DNA of 64,000 nucleotides from the human T2T-CHM13v2.0 reference genome, Homo sapiens, in NCBI RefSeq assembly GCF_009914755.1, contig NC_060948.1; one strand, written 5' to 3'. The position numbers and the translations under genes were made by a program. The notes under the pieces were generated by a model. It did not search any database, was not told where the DNA came from, and was given only the letters and a program-made list of their open reading frames with translations. Positions 1 through 21,624 of this stretch are shown here, piece by piece (the stretch's first letter is position 1; each line of letters opens with the position of its first letter).

Positions 1-403
1 AGTAATTTGAAGAGTTGGCATTTGAAAGGCCAGTATGAATATACCTTCAAAGCAGCAACACAGGTTCCCCATGAGAAAAAGCAAACACAGGGAAAATTAA
101 AACACAAAGGTTCAATCTCTTCTGACCTTTGAAAGACACAGCACAGACAGTGGTCCTTTGGAGGAAGAGCACGAGACCCCTAATTCCGTCACCATGGCGA
201 TAGGGCATAAACATTGCTGGGTGAGGGCACAATCCACATTGTGAGGTCCAACTGCTGCCAGGAAGACAGGAGTGCTTTTACATAGACCGAAAGGTCATTG
301 AAGGCTCAGAGTTTTGTTTCAAGAACTGAATCCCAAGCCCACACGTTATTAGGCTGCGCTTCTTAAAACAAGTTATGAGATGGGAAAAAGGGCACCCACA
401 AAC
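1..403. repeat. HSATI-like segment of unit 1 (partial, cut by window start)
   Basis: Mixed-composition sequence identical apart from a few SNVs to 2423-2825. The name follows from known DYZ2 structure; boundaries are approximate. Confidence 0.7.
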
Positions 404-2256
<1,853 letters not shown>

Positions 2257-2825
2257 AGATCCATATTTTGTAAATGAAAAAAAATTTCAAAGGTACTCTG
2301 CTTGGTACAATAATCAAATGTATAAACTGAGGAATAAAACATAACCATGAAACCTACTTATAACTGCATATGGAAAATACAGAGGATAATTTTTTAAATA
2401 ACATATTTTGAAAGCCTTAACTAGTAATTTGAAGAGTTGGCATTTGAAAGGCCAGTATGAATAAACCTTCAAAGCAGCAACACAGGTTCCCCATGAGAAA
2501 AAGCAAACACAGGGAAAATAAAAACACAAAGGTTCAATCTCTTCTGACCTTTGAAAGACACAGCACAGACAGTGGTCCTTAGGACGAAGAGCAGGAGACC
2601 CCTAATTCCGTCACCATGGCGATAGGGCATAAACATTGCTGGGTGAGGGCACAATCCACATTGTGAGGTCCAACTGCTGCCAGGAAGACAGGAGTGCTTT
2701 TACATAGACCGAAAGGTCATTGAAGGCTCAGAGTTTTGTTTCAAGAACTGAATCCCAAGCCCACACGTTATTAGGCTGCGCTTCTTAAAACAAGTTATGA
2801 GATGGGAAAAAGGGCACCCACAAAC
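2257..2825. repeat. HSATI-like segment (first complete copy; recurs directly after each Alu)
   Basis: ~570-bp non-Alu, non-(TA)n segment between the Alu end (gagcca) and the next AT-rich block; boundaries are approximate. Confidence 0.72.
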
Positions 2826-4363
2826 ATACGTATACATTATGTATATAATAATATACTGTATCATATATATAATATATATAACCTATGTATAATATTGTTT
2901 TACATCCTGCATCTTATGTTATATATATTGTATAAAATATAATAATTGATAATATATAAGTTTTATAATTATACAATATGACATATAGTATATATTATAA
3001 TTTATGACATATATAATATATGTTATATGTCATATATAGAATATATTATACGGTTAATATACGTATTAAATATAAATTATACATTATATATATTATATAT
3101 AATATATCTGTTATATATAATACCCATTATTCATAATATATATATTATGTCTATGTTATATATAGTATAAAACAACATATAATAATATATAATTGTATAT
3201 ATAAAATGCGACATATAATATATATTATATTTTATAACATATGTAATATATATTATATATTATATATAATACGTTGTATGTATAATACCTATATTAAATA
3301 TATATTATATGACTATGTTATTAATTACATGTCACATGTGTTATATATTATATATTTTACATAGAATATACCGGTTACATACAATATATACTATGTTACC
3401 TATAATGTATAATTTATTACATGTAAAATAAAGAATGCAATATATTATGTATAATTTATAATATACAATATGTGGAATGTGACATATGTAACATATAATA
3501 TATGATATATGATATACAGTATATGATATATAACATACAATATATGATTCCTAATATATATGGTATACAATATATATTTTATGATATGTATTCTATATGT
3601 TTTATATTCTGTTATATATAACTATTTGAAATTATATATAACTGTATAATATTTTATGTAAATATGTAATATAATATATATAACTATATAATATATTATA
3701 TATAACTATATATTATGTTATATATACTTTTATAACATAATTTACATAAAATATCATAATATAATATATATTATATTATTTCATATTACATAATATATAT
3801 TACATATCACCCAATATAACTAACATACATAATATTATAATATAGATTATATTATGTTATATTAAATATCATATATATCATGTATCATATATTCTATAAT
3901 ATATATTACACATTATATAATATGTATGTTGTCTATTATGTGATATATATAACTCAATATATAATTATATTTTTATACATATAACTAGATAAACATGTAA
4001 TTCTACATATTTTCATTTATAATATGTAGAATTATATAATCATATATAATTATTTATATTCTATAAAAAATTTTATCATTATATAAATTATAATATATAA
4101 AAATTATAATATGTACTACAAATATATATATATTATATATCATATATGATATAGTACCTTTGTTATATATCATAATACATATAAATGTGTATTATGTTAT
4201 CTATAATTATATAATTTCATATATAAGATGTATAATATGTATCATATATTATATATGTTATGTAATATATATAGTATATATAAGATGACACAGGATAAAT
4301 ATTATATACTATGACATATAAAATATATGAGGTTATATGTTACATATAAGGCATAGCACATAA

Positions 4364-4678
<315 letters not shown>

Positions 4679-6785
4679 AGATCCATATTTTGTAAATGAA
4701 AAAAAATTTCAAAGTTACTCTGCTTGGTACAATAATCAAATGTATAAACTGAGGAATAAAACATAACCATGAAACCTACTTATAACTGCATATGGAAAAT
4801 ACAGAGGATAATTTTTTAAATAACATATTTTGAAAGCCTTAACTAGTAATTTGAAGAGTTGGCATTTGAAAGGCCAGTATGAATAAACCTTCAAAGCAGC
4901 AACACAGGTTCCCCATGAGAAAAAGCAAACACAGGGAAAATAAAAACACAAAGGTTCAATCTCTTCTGACCTTTGAAAGACACAGCACAGACAGTGGTCC
5001 TTAGGACGAAGAGCAGGAGACCCCTAATTCCGTCACCATGGCGATAGGGCATAAACATTGCTGGGTGAGGGCACAATCCACATTGTGAGGTCCAACTGCT
5101 GCCAGGAAGACAGGAGTGCTTTTACATAGACCGAAAGGTCATTGAAGGCTCAGAGTTTTGTTTCAAGAACTGAATCCCAAGCCCACACGTTATTAGGCTG
5201 CGCTTCTTAAAACAAGTTATGAGATGGGAAAAAGGGCACCCACAAACATACGTATACATTATGTATATAATAATATACTGTATCATATATATAATATATA
5301 TAACCTATGTATAATATTGTTTTACATCCTGCATCTTATGTTATATATATTGTATAAAATATAATAATTGATAATATATAAGTTTTATAATTATACAATA
5401 TGACATATAGTATATATTATAATTTATGACATATATAATATATGTTATATATCATATATAGAATATATTATACGGTTAATATACGTATTAAATATAAATT
5501 ATACCTTATATATATTATATATAATATATCTGTTATATATAATACCCATTATGCATAATATATATATTATGTCTATGTTATATATAGTATAAAACAACAT
5601 ATTATAATATATAATTGTATATATAAAATGCGACATATAATATATATTATATTTTATAACATATGTAATATATATTATATATTATATATAATACGTTGTA
5701 TGTATAATACCTATATTAAATATATATTATATGACTATGTTATTAATTACATGTCACATGTGTTATATATTATATATTTTACATAGAATATACCGGTTAC
5801 ATACAATATATACTATGTTACCTATAATGTATAATTTATTACATGTAAAATAAAGAATGCAATATATTATGTATAATTTATAATATACAATATGTGGAAT
5901 GTGACATATGTAACATATAATATATGATATATGATATACAGTATATGATATATAACATACAATATATGATTCCTAATATATATGGTATACAATATATATT
6001 TTATGATATGTATTCTATATGTTTTATATTCTGTTATATATAACTATTTGAAATTATATATAACTGTATAATATTTTATGTAAATATGTAATATAATATA
6101 TATAACTATATAATATATTATATATAACTATATATTATGTTATATATACTTTTATAACATAATTTACATAAAATATCATAATATAATATATATTATATTA
6201 TTTCATATTACATAATATATATTACATATCACCCAATATAACTAACATACATAATATTATAATATAGATTATATTATGTTATATTAAATATCATATATAT
6301 CATGTATCATATATTCTATAATATATATTACACATTATATAATATGTATGTTGTCTATTATGTGATATATATAACTCAATATATAATTATATTTTTATAC
6401 ATATAACTAGATAAACATGTAATTCTACATATTTTCATTTATAATATGTAGAATTATATAATCATATATAATTATTTATATTCTATAAAAAATTTTATCA
6501 TTATATAAATTATAATATATAAAAATTATAATATGTACTACAAATATATATATATTATATATCATATATGATATAGTACCTTTGTTATATATCATAATAC
6601 ATATAAATGTGTATTATGTTATCTATAATTATATAATTTCATATATAAGATGTATAATATGTATCATATATTATATATGTTATGTAATATATATAGTATA
6701 TATAAGATGACACAGGATAAATATTATATACTATGACATATAAAATATATGAGGTTATATGTTACATATAAGGCATAGCACATAA

Positions 6786-7100
<315 letters not shown>

Positions 7101-9207
7101 AGATCCATATTTTGTAAATGAAAAAAAATTTCAAAGGTACTCTGCTTGGTACAATAATCAAATGTATAAACTGAGGAATAAAACATAACCATGAAACCTA
7201 CTTATAACTGCATATGGAAAATACAGAGGATAATTTTTTAAATAACATATTTTGAAAGCCTTAACTAGTAATTTGAAGAGTTGGCATTTGAAAGGCCAGT
7301 ATGAATAAACCTTCAAAGCAGCAACACAGGTTCCCCATGAGAAAAAGCAAACACAGGGAAAATAAAAACACAAAGGTTCAATCTCTTCTGACCTTTGAAA
7401 GACACAGCACAGACAGTGGTCCTTAGGACGAAGAGCAGGAGACCCCTAATTCCGTCACCATGGCGATAGGGCATAAACATTGCTGGGTGAGGGCACAATC
7501 CACATTGTGAGGTCCAACTGCTGCCAGGAAGACAGGAGGGCTTTTACATAGACCGAAAGGTCATTGAAGGCTCAGAGTTTTGTTTCAAGAACTGAATCCC
7601 AAGCCCACACGTTATTAGGCTGCGCTTCTTAAAACAAGTTATGAGATGGGAAAAAGGGCACCCACAAACATACGTATACATTATGTATATAATAATATAC
7701 TGTATCATATATATAATATATATAACCTATGTATAATATTGTTTTACATCCTGCATCTTATGTTATATATATTGTATAAAATATAATAATTGATAATATA
7801 TAAGTTTTATAATTATACAATATGACATATAGTATATATTATAATTTATGACATATATAATATATGTTATATATCATATATAGAATATATTATACGGTTA
7901 ATATACGTATTAAATATAAATTATACCTTATATATATTATATATAATATATCTGTTATATATAATACCCATTATGCATAATATATATATTATGTCTATGT
8001 TATATATAGTATAAAACAACATATTATAATATATAATTGTATATATAAAATGCGACATATAATATATATTATATTTTATAACATATGTAATATATATTAT
8101 ATATTATATATAATACGTTGTATGTATAATACCTATATTAAATATATATTATATGACTATGTTATTAATTACATGTCACATGTGTTATATATTATATATT
8201 TTACATAGAATATACCGGTTACATACAATATATACTATGTTACCTATAATGTATAATTTATTACATGTAAAATAAAGAATGCAATATATTATGTATAATT
8301 TATAATATACAATATGTGGAATGTGACATATGTAACATATAATATATGATATATGATATACAGTATATGATATATAACATACAATATATGATTCCTAATA
8401 TATATGGTATACAATATATATTTTATGATATGTATTCTATATGTTTTATATTCTGTTATATATAACTATTTGAAATTATATATAACTGTATAATATTTTA
8501 TGTAAATATGTAATATAATATATATAACTATATAATATATTATATATAACTATATATTATGTTATATATACTTTTATAACATAATTTACATAAAATATCA
8601 TAATATAATATATATTATATTATTTCATATTACATAATATATATTACATATCACCCAATATAACTAACATACATAATATTATAATATAGATTATATTATG
8701 TTATATTAAATATCATATATATCATGTATCATATATTCTATAATATATATTACACATTATATAATATGTATGTTGTCTATTATGTGATATATATAACTCA
8801 ATATATAATTATATTTTTATACATATAACTAGATAAACATGTAATTCTACATATTTTCATTTATAATATGTAGAATTATATAATCATATATAATTATTTA
8901 TATTCTATAAAAAATTTTATCATTATATAAATTATAATATATAAAAATTATAATATGTACTACAAATATATATATATTATATATCATATATGATATAGTA
9001 CCTTTGTTATATATCATAATACATATAAATGTGTATTATGTTATCTATAATTATATAATTTCATATATAAGATGTATAATATGTATCATATATTATATAT
9101 GTTATGTAATATATATAGTATATATAAGATGACACAGGATAAATATTATATACTATGACATATAAAATATATGAGGTTATATGTTACATATAAGGCATAG
9201 CACATAA

Positions 9208-9522
<315 letters not shown>

Positions 9523-11629
9523 AGATCCATATTTTGTAAATGAAAAAAAATTTCAAAGGTACTCTGCTTGGTACAATAATCAAATGTATAAACTGAGGAA
9601 TAAAACATAACCATGAAACCTACTTATAACTGCATATGGAAAATACAGAGGATAATTTTTTAAATAACATATTTTGAAAGCCTTAACTAGTAATTTGAAG
9701 AGTTGGCATTTGAAAGGCCAGTATGAATAAACCTTCAAAGCAGCAACACAGGTTCCCCATGAGAAAAAGCAAACACAGGGAAAATAAAAACACAAAGGTT
9801 CAATCTCTTCTGACCTTTGAAAGACACAGCACAGACAGTGGTCCTTAGGACGAAGAGCAGGAGACCCCTAATTCCGTCACCATGGCGATAGGGCATAAAC
9901 ATTGCTGGGTGAGGGCACAATCCACATTGTGAGGTCCAACTGCTGCCAGGAAGACAGGAGTGCTTTTACATAGACCGAAAGGTCATTGAAGGCTCAGAGT
10001 TTTGTTTCAAGAACTGAATCCCAAGCCCACACGTTATTAGGCTGCGCTTCTTAAAACAAGTTATGAGATGGGAAAAAGGGCACCCACAAACATACGTATA
10101 CATTATGTATATAATAATATACTGTATCATATATATAATATATATAACCTATGTATAATATTGTTTTACATCCTGCATCTTATGTTATATATATTGTATA
10201 AAATATAATAATTGATAATATATAAGTTTTATAATTATACAATATGACATATAGTATATATTATAATTTATGACATATATAATATATGTTATATATCATA
10301 TATAGAATATATTATACGGTTAATATACGTATTAAATATAAATTATACCTTATATATATTATATATAATATATCTGTTATATATAATACCCATTATGCAT
10401 AATATATATATTATGTCTATGTTATATATAGTATAAAACAACATATTATAATATATAATTGTATATATAAAATGCGACATATAATATATATTATATTTTA
10501 TAACATATGTAATATATATTATATATTATATATAATACGTTGTATGTATAATACCTATATTAAATATATATTATATGACTATGTTATTAATTACATGTCA
10601 CATGTGTTATATATTATATATTTTACATAGAATATACCGGTTACATACAATATATACTATGTTACCTATAATGTATAATTTATTACATGTAAAATAAAGA
10701 ATGCAATATATTATGTATAATTTATAATATACAATATGTGGAATGTGACATATGTAACATATAATATATGATATATGATATACAGTATATGATATATAAC
10801 ATACAATATATGATTCCTAATATATATGGTATACAATATATATTTTATGATATGTATTCTATATGTTTTATATTCTGTTATATATAACTATTTGAAATTA
10901 TATATAACTGTATAATATTTTATGTAAATATGTAATATAATATATATAACTATATAATATATTATATATAACTATATATTATGTTATATATACTTTTATA
11001 ACATAATTTACATAAAATATCATAATATAATATATATTATATTATTTCATATTACATAATATATATTACATATCACCCAATATAACTAACATACATAATA
11101 TTATAATATAGATTATATTATGTTATATTAAATATCATATATATCATGTATCATATATTCTATAATATATATTACACATTATATAATATGTATGTTGTCT
11201 ATTATGTGATATATATAACTCAATATATAATTATATTTTTATACATATAACTAGATAAACATGTAATTCTACATATTTTCATTTATAATATGTAGAATTA
11301 TATAATCATATATAATTATTTATATTCTATAAAAAATTTTATCATTATATAAATTATAATATATAAAAATTATAATATGTACTACAAATATATATATATT
11401 ATATATCATATATGATATAGTACCTTTGTTATATATCATAATACATATAAATGTGTATTATGTTATCTATAATTATATAATTTCATATATAAGATGTATA
11501 ATATGTATCATATATTATATATGTTATGTAATATATATAGTATATATAAGATGACACGGGATAAATATTATATACTATGACATATAAAATATATGAGGTT
11601 ATATGTTACATATAAGGCATAGCACATAA

Positions 11630-11944
<315 letters not shown>

Positions 11945-14049
11945 AGATCCATATTTTGTAAATGAAAAAAAATTTCAAAGTTACTCTGCTTGGTACAATA
12001 ATCAAATGTATAAACTGAGGAATAAAACATAACCATGAAACCTACTTATAACTGCATATGGAAAATACAGAGGATAATTTTTTAAATAACATATTTTGAA
12101 AGCCTTAACTAGTAATTTGAAGAGTTGGCATTTGAAAGGCCAGTATGAATAAACCTTCAAAGCAGCAACACAGGTTCCCCATGAGAAAAAGCAAACACAG
12201 GGAAAATAAAAACACAAAGGTTCAATCTCTTCTGACCTTTGAAAGACACAGCACAGACAATGGTCCTTAGGACGAAGAGCAGGAGACCCCTAATTCCGTC
12301 ACCATGGCGATAGGGCATAAACATTGCTGGGTGAGGGCACAATCCACATTGTGAGGTCCAACTGCTGCCAGGAAGACAGGAGTGCTTTTACATAGACCGA
12401 AAGGTCATTGAAGGCTCAGAGTTTTGTTTCAAGAACTGAATCCCAAGCCCACACGTTATTAGGCTGCGCTTCTTAAAACAAGTTATGAGATGGGAAAAAG
12501 GGCACCCACAAACATACGTATACATTATGTATATAATAATATACTGTATCATATATATAATATATATAACCTATGTATAATATTGTTTTACATCCTGCAT
12601 CTTATGTTATATATATTGTATAAAATATAATAATTGATAATATATAAGTTTTATAATTATACAATATGACATATAGTATATATTATAATTTATGACATAT
12701 ATAATATATGTTATATATCATATATAGAATATATTATACGGTTAATATACGTATTAAATATAAATTATACCTTATATATATTATATATAATATATCTGTT
12801 ATATATAATACCCATTATGCATAATATATATATTATGTCTATGTTATATATAGTATAAAACAACATATAATAATATATAATTGTATATATAAAATGCGAC
12901 ATATAATATATATTATATTTTATAACATATGTAATATATATTATATATTATATATAATACGTTGTATGTATAATACCTATATTAAATATATATTATATGA
13001 CTATGTTATTAATTACATGTCACATGTGTTATATATTATATATTTTACATAGAATATACCGGTTACATACAATATATACTATGTTACCTATTATGTATAA
13101 TTTATTACATGTAAAATAAAGAATGCAATATATTATGTATAATTTATAATATACAATATGTGGAATGTGACATATGTAACATATAATATATGATATATGA
13201 TATACAGTATATGATATATAACATACAATATATGATTCCTAATATATATGGTATACAATATATATTTTATGATATGTATTCTATATGTTTTATATTCTGT
13301 TATATATAACTATTTGAAATTATATATAACTGTATAATATTTTATGTAAATATGTAATATAATATATATAACTATATAATATATTATATATAACTATATA
13401 TTATGTTATATATACTTTTATAACATAATTTACATAAAATATCATAATATAATATATATTATATTATTTCATATTACATAATATATATTACATATCACCC
13501 AATATAACTAACATACATAATATTATAATATAGATTATATTATGTTATATTAAATATCATATATATCATGTATCATATATTCTATAATATATATTACACA
13601 TTATATAATATGTATGTTGTCTATTACGTGATATATATAACTCAATATATAATTATATTTTTATACATATAACTAGATAAACATGTAATTCTACATATTT
13701 TCATTTATAATATGTAGAATTATATAATCATATATAATTATTTATATTCTATAAAAAATTTTATCATTATATAAATTATAATATATAAAAATTATAATAT
13801 GTACTACAAATATATATATTATATATCATATATGATATAGTACCTTTGTTATATATCATAATACATATAAATGTGTATTATGTTATCTATAATTATATAA
13901 TTTCATATATAAGATGTATAATATGTATCATATATTATATATGTTATGTAATATATATAGTATATATAAGATGACACAGGATAAATATTATATACTATGA
14001 CATATAAAATATATGAGGTTATATGTTACATATAAGGCATAGCACATAA

Positions 14050-14364
<315 letters not shown>

Positions 14365-16469
14365 AGATCCATATTTTTTAAATGAAAAAAAATTTCAAAG
14401 GTACTCTGCTTGGTACAATAATCAAATGTATAAACTGAGGAATAAAACATAACCATGAAACCTACTTATAACTGCATATGGAAAATACAGAGGATAATTT
14501 TTTAAATAACATATTTTGAAAGCCTTAACTAGTAATTTGAAGAGTTGGCATTTGAAAGGCCAGTATGAATATACCTTCAAAGCAGCAACACAGGTTCCCC
14601 ATGAGAAAAAGCAAACACAGGGAAAATAAAAACACAAAGGTTCAATCTCTTCTGACCTTTGAAAGACACAGCACAGACAGTGGTCCTTAGGACGAAGAGC
14701 AGGAGACCCCTAATTCCGTCACCATGGCGATAGGGCATAAACATTGCTGGGTGAGGGCACAATCCACATTGTGAGGTCCAACTGCTGCCAGGAAGACAGG
14801 AGTGCTTTTACATAGACCGAAAGGTCATTGAAGGCTCAGAGTTTTGTTTCAAGAACTGAATCCCAAGCCCACACGTTATTAGGCTGCGCTTCTTAAAACA
14901 AGTTATGAGATGGGAAAAAGGGCACCCACAAACATACGTATACATTATGTATATAATAATATACAGTATCATATATATAATATATATAACCTATGTATAA
15001 TATTGTTTTACATCCTGCATCTTATGTTATATATATTGTATAAAATATAATAATTGATAATATATAAGTTTTATAATTATACAATATGACATATAGTATA
15101 TATTATAATTTATGACATATATAATATATGTTATATGTCATATATAGAATATATTATACGGTTAATATACGTATTAAATATAAATTATACATTATATATA
15201 TTATATATAATATATCTGTTATATATAATACCCATTATGCATAATATATATATTATGTCTATGTTATATATAGTATAAAACAACATATAATAATATATAA
15301 TTGTATATATAAAATGCGACATATAATATATATTATATTTTATAACATATGTAATATATATTATATATTATATATAATACGTTGTATGTATAATACCTAT
15401 ATTAAATATATATTATATGATTATGTTATTAATTACATGTCACATGTGTTATATATTATATATTTTACATAGAATATACCGGTTACATACAATATATACT
15501 ATGTTACCTATAATGTATAATTGATTACATGTAAAATAAAGAATGCAATATATTATGTAAAATTTATAATATACAATATGTGGAATGTGATATATGTAAC
15601 ATATAATATATGATATATGATATACAGTATATGATATATAACATACAATATATGATTCCTAATATATATGGTATACAATATATATTTTATGATATGTATT
15701 CTATATGTTTTATATTCTGTTATATATAACTATTTGAAATTATATATAACTGTATAATATTTTATGTAAATATGTAATATAATATATATAACTATATAAT
15801 ATATTATATATAACTATATATTATGTTATATATACTTTTATAACATAATTTACATAAAATATCATAATATAATATATATTATATTTTTTCATATTACATA
15901 ATATATATTACATATCACCCAATATAACTAACATACATAATATTATAATATAGATTATATTATGTTATATTAAATATCATATATATCATGTATCATATAT
16001 TCTATAATATATATTACACATTATATAATATGTATGTTGTCTATTATGTGATATATATAACTATATATATAATTATATTTTTATACATATAACTAGATAA
16101 ACATGTAATTCTACATATTTTCATTTATAATATGTAGAATTATATAATCATATATAATTCTTTATATTCTATAAAAAATTTTATCATTATATAAATTATA
16201 ATATATAAAAATTATAATATGTACTACAAATATATATATTATATATCATATATGATATAGTACCTTTGTTATATATCATAATACATATAAATGTGTATTA
16301 TGTTATCTATAATTATATAATTTCATATATAAGTTGTATAATATGTATCATATATTATATATGTTATGTAATATATATAGTATATATAAGATGACACAGG
16401 ATAAATATTATATACTATGACATATAAAATATATGAGGTTATATGTTACATATAAGGCATAGCACATAA

Positions 16470-16784
<315 letters not shown>

Positions 16785-18889
16785 AGATCCATATTTTTTA
16801 AATGAAAAAAAATTTCAAAGGTGCTCTGCTTGGTACAATAATCAAATGTATAAACTGAGGAATAAAACATAACCATGAAACCTACTTATAACTGCATATG
16901 GAAAATACAGAGGATAATTTTTTAAATAACATATTTTGAAAGCCTTAACTAGTAATTTGAAGAGTTGGCATTTGAAAGGCCAGTATGAATATACCTTCAA
17001 AGCAGCAACACAGGTTCCCCATGAGAAAAAGCAAACACAGGGAAAATAAAAACACAAAGGTTCAATCTCTTCTGACCTTTGAAAGACACAGCACAGACAG
17101 TGGTCCTTAGGACGAAGAGCAGGAGACCCCTAATTCCGTCACCATGGCGATAGGGCATAAACATTGCTGGGTGAGGGCACAATCCACATTGTGAGGTCCA
17201 ACTGCTGCCAGGAAGACAGGAGTGCTTTTACATAGACCGAAAGGTCATTGAAGGCTCAGAGTTTTGTTTCAAGAACTGAATCCCAAGCCCACACGTTATT
17301 AGGCTGCGCTTCTTAAAACAAGTTATGAGATGGGAAAAAGGGCACCCACAAACATACGTATACATTATGTATATAATAATATACAGTATCATATATATAA
17401 TATATATAACCTATGTATAATATTGTTTTACATCCTGCATCTTATGTTATATATATTGTATAAAATATAATAATTGATAATATATAAGTTTTTTAATTAT
17501 ACAATATGACATATAGTATATATTATAATTGATGACATATATAATATATGTTATATATCATATATAGAGTATATTATACGGTTAATATACGTAATAAATA
17601 TAAATTATACCTTATATATATTATATATAATATATCTGTTATATATAATACCCATTATGCATAATATATATATTATGTCTATGTTATATATAGTATAAAA
17701 CAACATATAATAATATATAATTGTATATATAAAATGCGACATATAATATATATTATATTTTATAACATATGTAATATATATCATATATTATATATAATAC
17801 GTTGTATGTATAATACCTATATTAAATATATATTATATGACTATGTTATTAATTACATGTCACATGTGTTATATATTATATATTTTACATAGAATATACC
17901 GGTTACATACAATATATACTATGTTACCTATAATGTATAATTGATTACATGTAAAATAAAGAATGCAATATATTATGTATAATTTATAATATACAATATG
18001 TGGAATGTGACATATGTAACATATAATATATGATATATGATATACAGTATATGATATATAACATACAATATATGATTCCTAATATATATGGTATACAATA
18101 TATATTTTATGATATGTATTCTATATGTTTTATATTCTGTTATATATAACTATTTGAAATTATATATAACTGTATAATATTTTATGTAAATATGTAATAT
18201 AATATATATAACTATATAATATATTATATATAACTATATATTATGTTATATATACTTTTATAACATAATTTACATAAAATATCATAATATAATATATATT
18301 ATATTATTTCATATTACATAATATATATTACATATCACCCAATATAACTAACATACATAATATTATAATATAGATTATATTATGTTATATTAAATATCAT
18401 ATATATCATGTATCATATATTCTATAATATATATTACACATTATATAATATGTATGTTGTCTATTATGTGATATATATAACTATATATATAATTATATTT
18501 TTATACATATAACTAGATAAACATGTAATTCTACATATTTTCATTTGTAATATGTAGAATTATATAATCATATATAATTATTTATATTCTATAAAAAATT
18601 TTATCATTATATAAATTATAATATATAAAAATTATAATATGTACTACAAATATATATATTATATATCATATATGATATAGTACCTTTGTTATATATCATA
18701 ATACATATAAATGTGTATTATGTTATCTATAATTATATAATTTCATATATAAGATGTATAATATGTATCATATATTATATATGTTATGTAATATATATAG
18801 TATATATAAGATGACACAGGATAAATATTATATACTATGACATATAAAATATATGAGGTTATATGTTACATATAAGGCATAGCACATAA

Positions 18890-19204
<315 letters not shown>

Positions 19205-21332
19205 AGATCCGTATTTTTTAAATGAAAAAAAATTTCAAAGGTACTCTGCTTGGTACAATAATCAAATGTATAAACTGAGGAATAAAACATAACCATGAAA
19301 CCTACTTATAACTGCATATGGAAAATACAGAGGATAATTTTTTAAATAACATATTTTGAAAGCCTTAACTAGTAATTTGAAGAGTTGGCATTTGAAAGGC
19401 CAGTATGAATATACCTTCAAAGCAGCAACACAGGTTCCCCATGAGAAAAAGCAAACACAGGGAAAATAAAAACACAAAGGTTCAATCTCTTCTGACCTTT
19501 GAAAGACACAGCACAGACAGTGGTCCTTAGGACGAAGAGCAGGAGACCCCTAATTCCGTCACCATGGCGATAGGGCATAAACATTGCTGGGTGAGGGCAC
19601 AATCCACATTGTGAGGTCCAACTGCTGCCAGGAAGACAGGAGTGCTTTTACATAGACCGAAAGGTCATTGAAGGCTCAGAGTTTTGTTTCAAGAACTGAA
19701 TCCCAAGCCCACACGTTATTAGGCTGCGCTTCTTAAAACAAGTTATGAGATGGGAAAAAGGGCACCCACAAACATACGTATACATTATGTATATAATAAT
19801 ATACAGTATCATATATATAATATATATAACCTATGTATAATATTGTTTTACATCCTGCATCTTATGTTATATATATTGTATAAAATATAATAATTGATAA
19901 TATATAAGTTTTATATTTATACAATATGACATATAGTATATATTATAATTTATGACATATATAATATATGTTATATGTCATATATAGAATATATTATACG
20001 GTTAATATACGTATTAAATATAAATTATACATTATATATATTATATATAATATATCTGTTATATATAATACCCATTATGCATAATATATATATTGTGTCT
20101 ATGTTATATATAGTATAAAACAACATATAATAATATATAATTGTATATATAAAATGCGACATATAATATATATTATATTTTATAACATATGTAATATATA
20201 TTATATATTATATATAATACGTTGTATGTATAATACCTATATTAAATATATATTATATGACTATGTTATTAATTACATGTCCCATGTGTTATATATTATA
20301 TATTTTACATAGAATATACCGGTTACATACAATATATACTATGTTACCTATAATGTATAATTGATTACATGTAAAATAAAGAATGCAATATATTATGTAA
20401 AATTTATAATATACAATATGTGGAATGTGACATATGTAACATATAATATATGATATATGATATACAGTATATGATATATAACATACAATATATGATTCCT
20501 AATATATATGGTATACAATATATATTTTATGATATGTATTCTATATGTTTTATATTCTGTTATATATAACTATTTGAAATTATATATAACTGTATAATAT
20601 TTTATGTAAATATGTAATATAATATATATAACTATATAATATATTATATATAACTATATATTATGTTATATATACTTTTATAACATAATTTACATAAAAT
20701 ATCATAATATAATATATATTATATTATTTCATATTACATAATATATATTACATATCACCCAATATAACTAACATACATAATATTATAATATAGATTATAT
20801 TATGTTATATTAAATATCATATATATCATGTATCATATATTCTATAATATATATTACACATTATATAATATGTATGTTGTCTATTATGTGATATATATAA
20901 CTATATATATAATTATATTTTTATACATATAACTAGATAAACATGTAATTCTACATATTTTCATTTGTAATATGTAGAATTATATAATCATATATAATTA
21001 TTTATATTCTATAAAAAATTTTATCATTATATAAATTATAATATATAAAAATTATAATATGTACTACATATATATATATTATATATCATATATGATATAG
21101 TACCTTTGTTATATATCATAATACATATACATGTGTATTATGTTATCTATAATTATATAATTTCATATATAAGATGTATAATATGTATCATATATTATAT
21201 ATGTTATGTAATATATATAGTATATATAAGATGACACAGGATAAATATTATATACTATGACATATAAAATATATGAGGTTATATGTTACATATAAGGCAT
21301 AGCACATAACATGTAATATATATCATATATAA

Positions 21333-21624
21333 TTTTTTTTTAGACAGAATCTTGTCCTGTTGCACAGGGTGGGGTACAATGGCGCCATCTTTGCTCACTG
21401 CAACTTCTGCCTCACGGTTCCAAGCGATTGTCCTCCCTCAGCCTCCCAGGTAGCTGGGACTACACCACACTGGGACTACACCAGCTGCCACCATGCCTTG
21501 CTAATTTTTTGGATTTTTAGTAGTGACAGCGTTTCACTGTATTGGCCAGGATGGTCTTGATCTCTTCACCTTGTGATCCCCTTGCCTTGGCCTCCAAATT
21601 TGCTGGGATTACAGGCCTGAGCCA
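21333..21624 (-). mobile_element. Diverged Alu, unit 9
   Basis: Copy of 1965-2256; gccttgct and cggttcc alleles. Confidence 0.95.

Noticed and set aside
47-232. 61-aa minus-strand ORF (MCPHPAMF...) repeated in every unit
   Set aside because: Short, no recognisable domain, lies in satellite DNA; its conservation only reflects unit identity.
2314-2529. 71-aa minus-strand ORF (MCFYFPCV...) repeated in every unit
   Set aside because: The F/L/Y-rich composition follows from the T-rich strand; it overlaps the other ORF, begins at a non-ATG codon and has no coding evidence.
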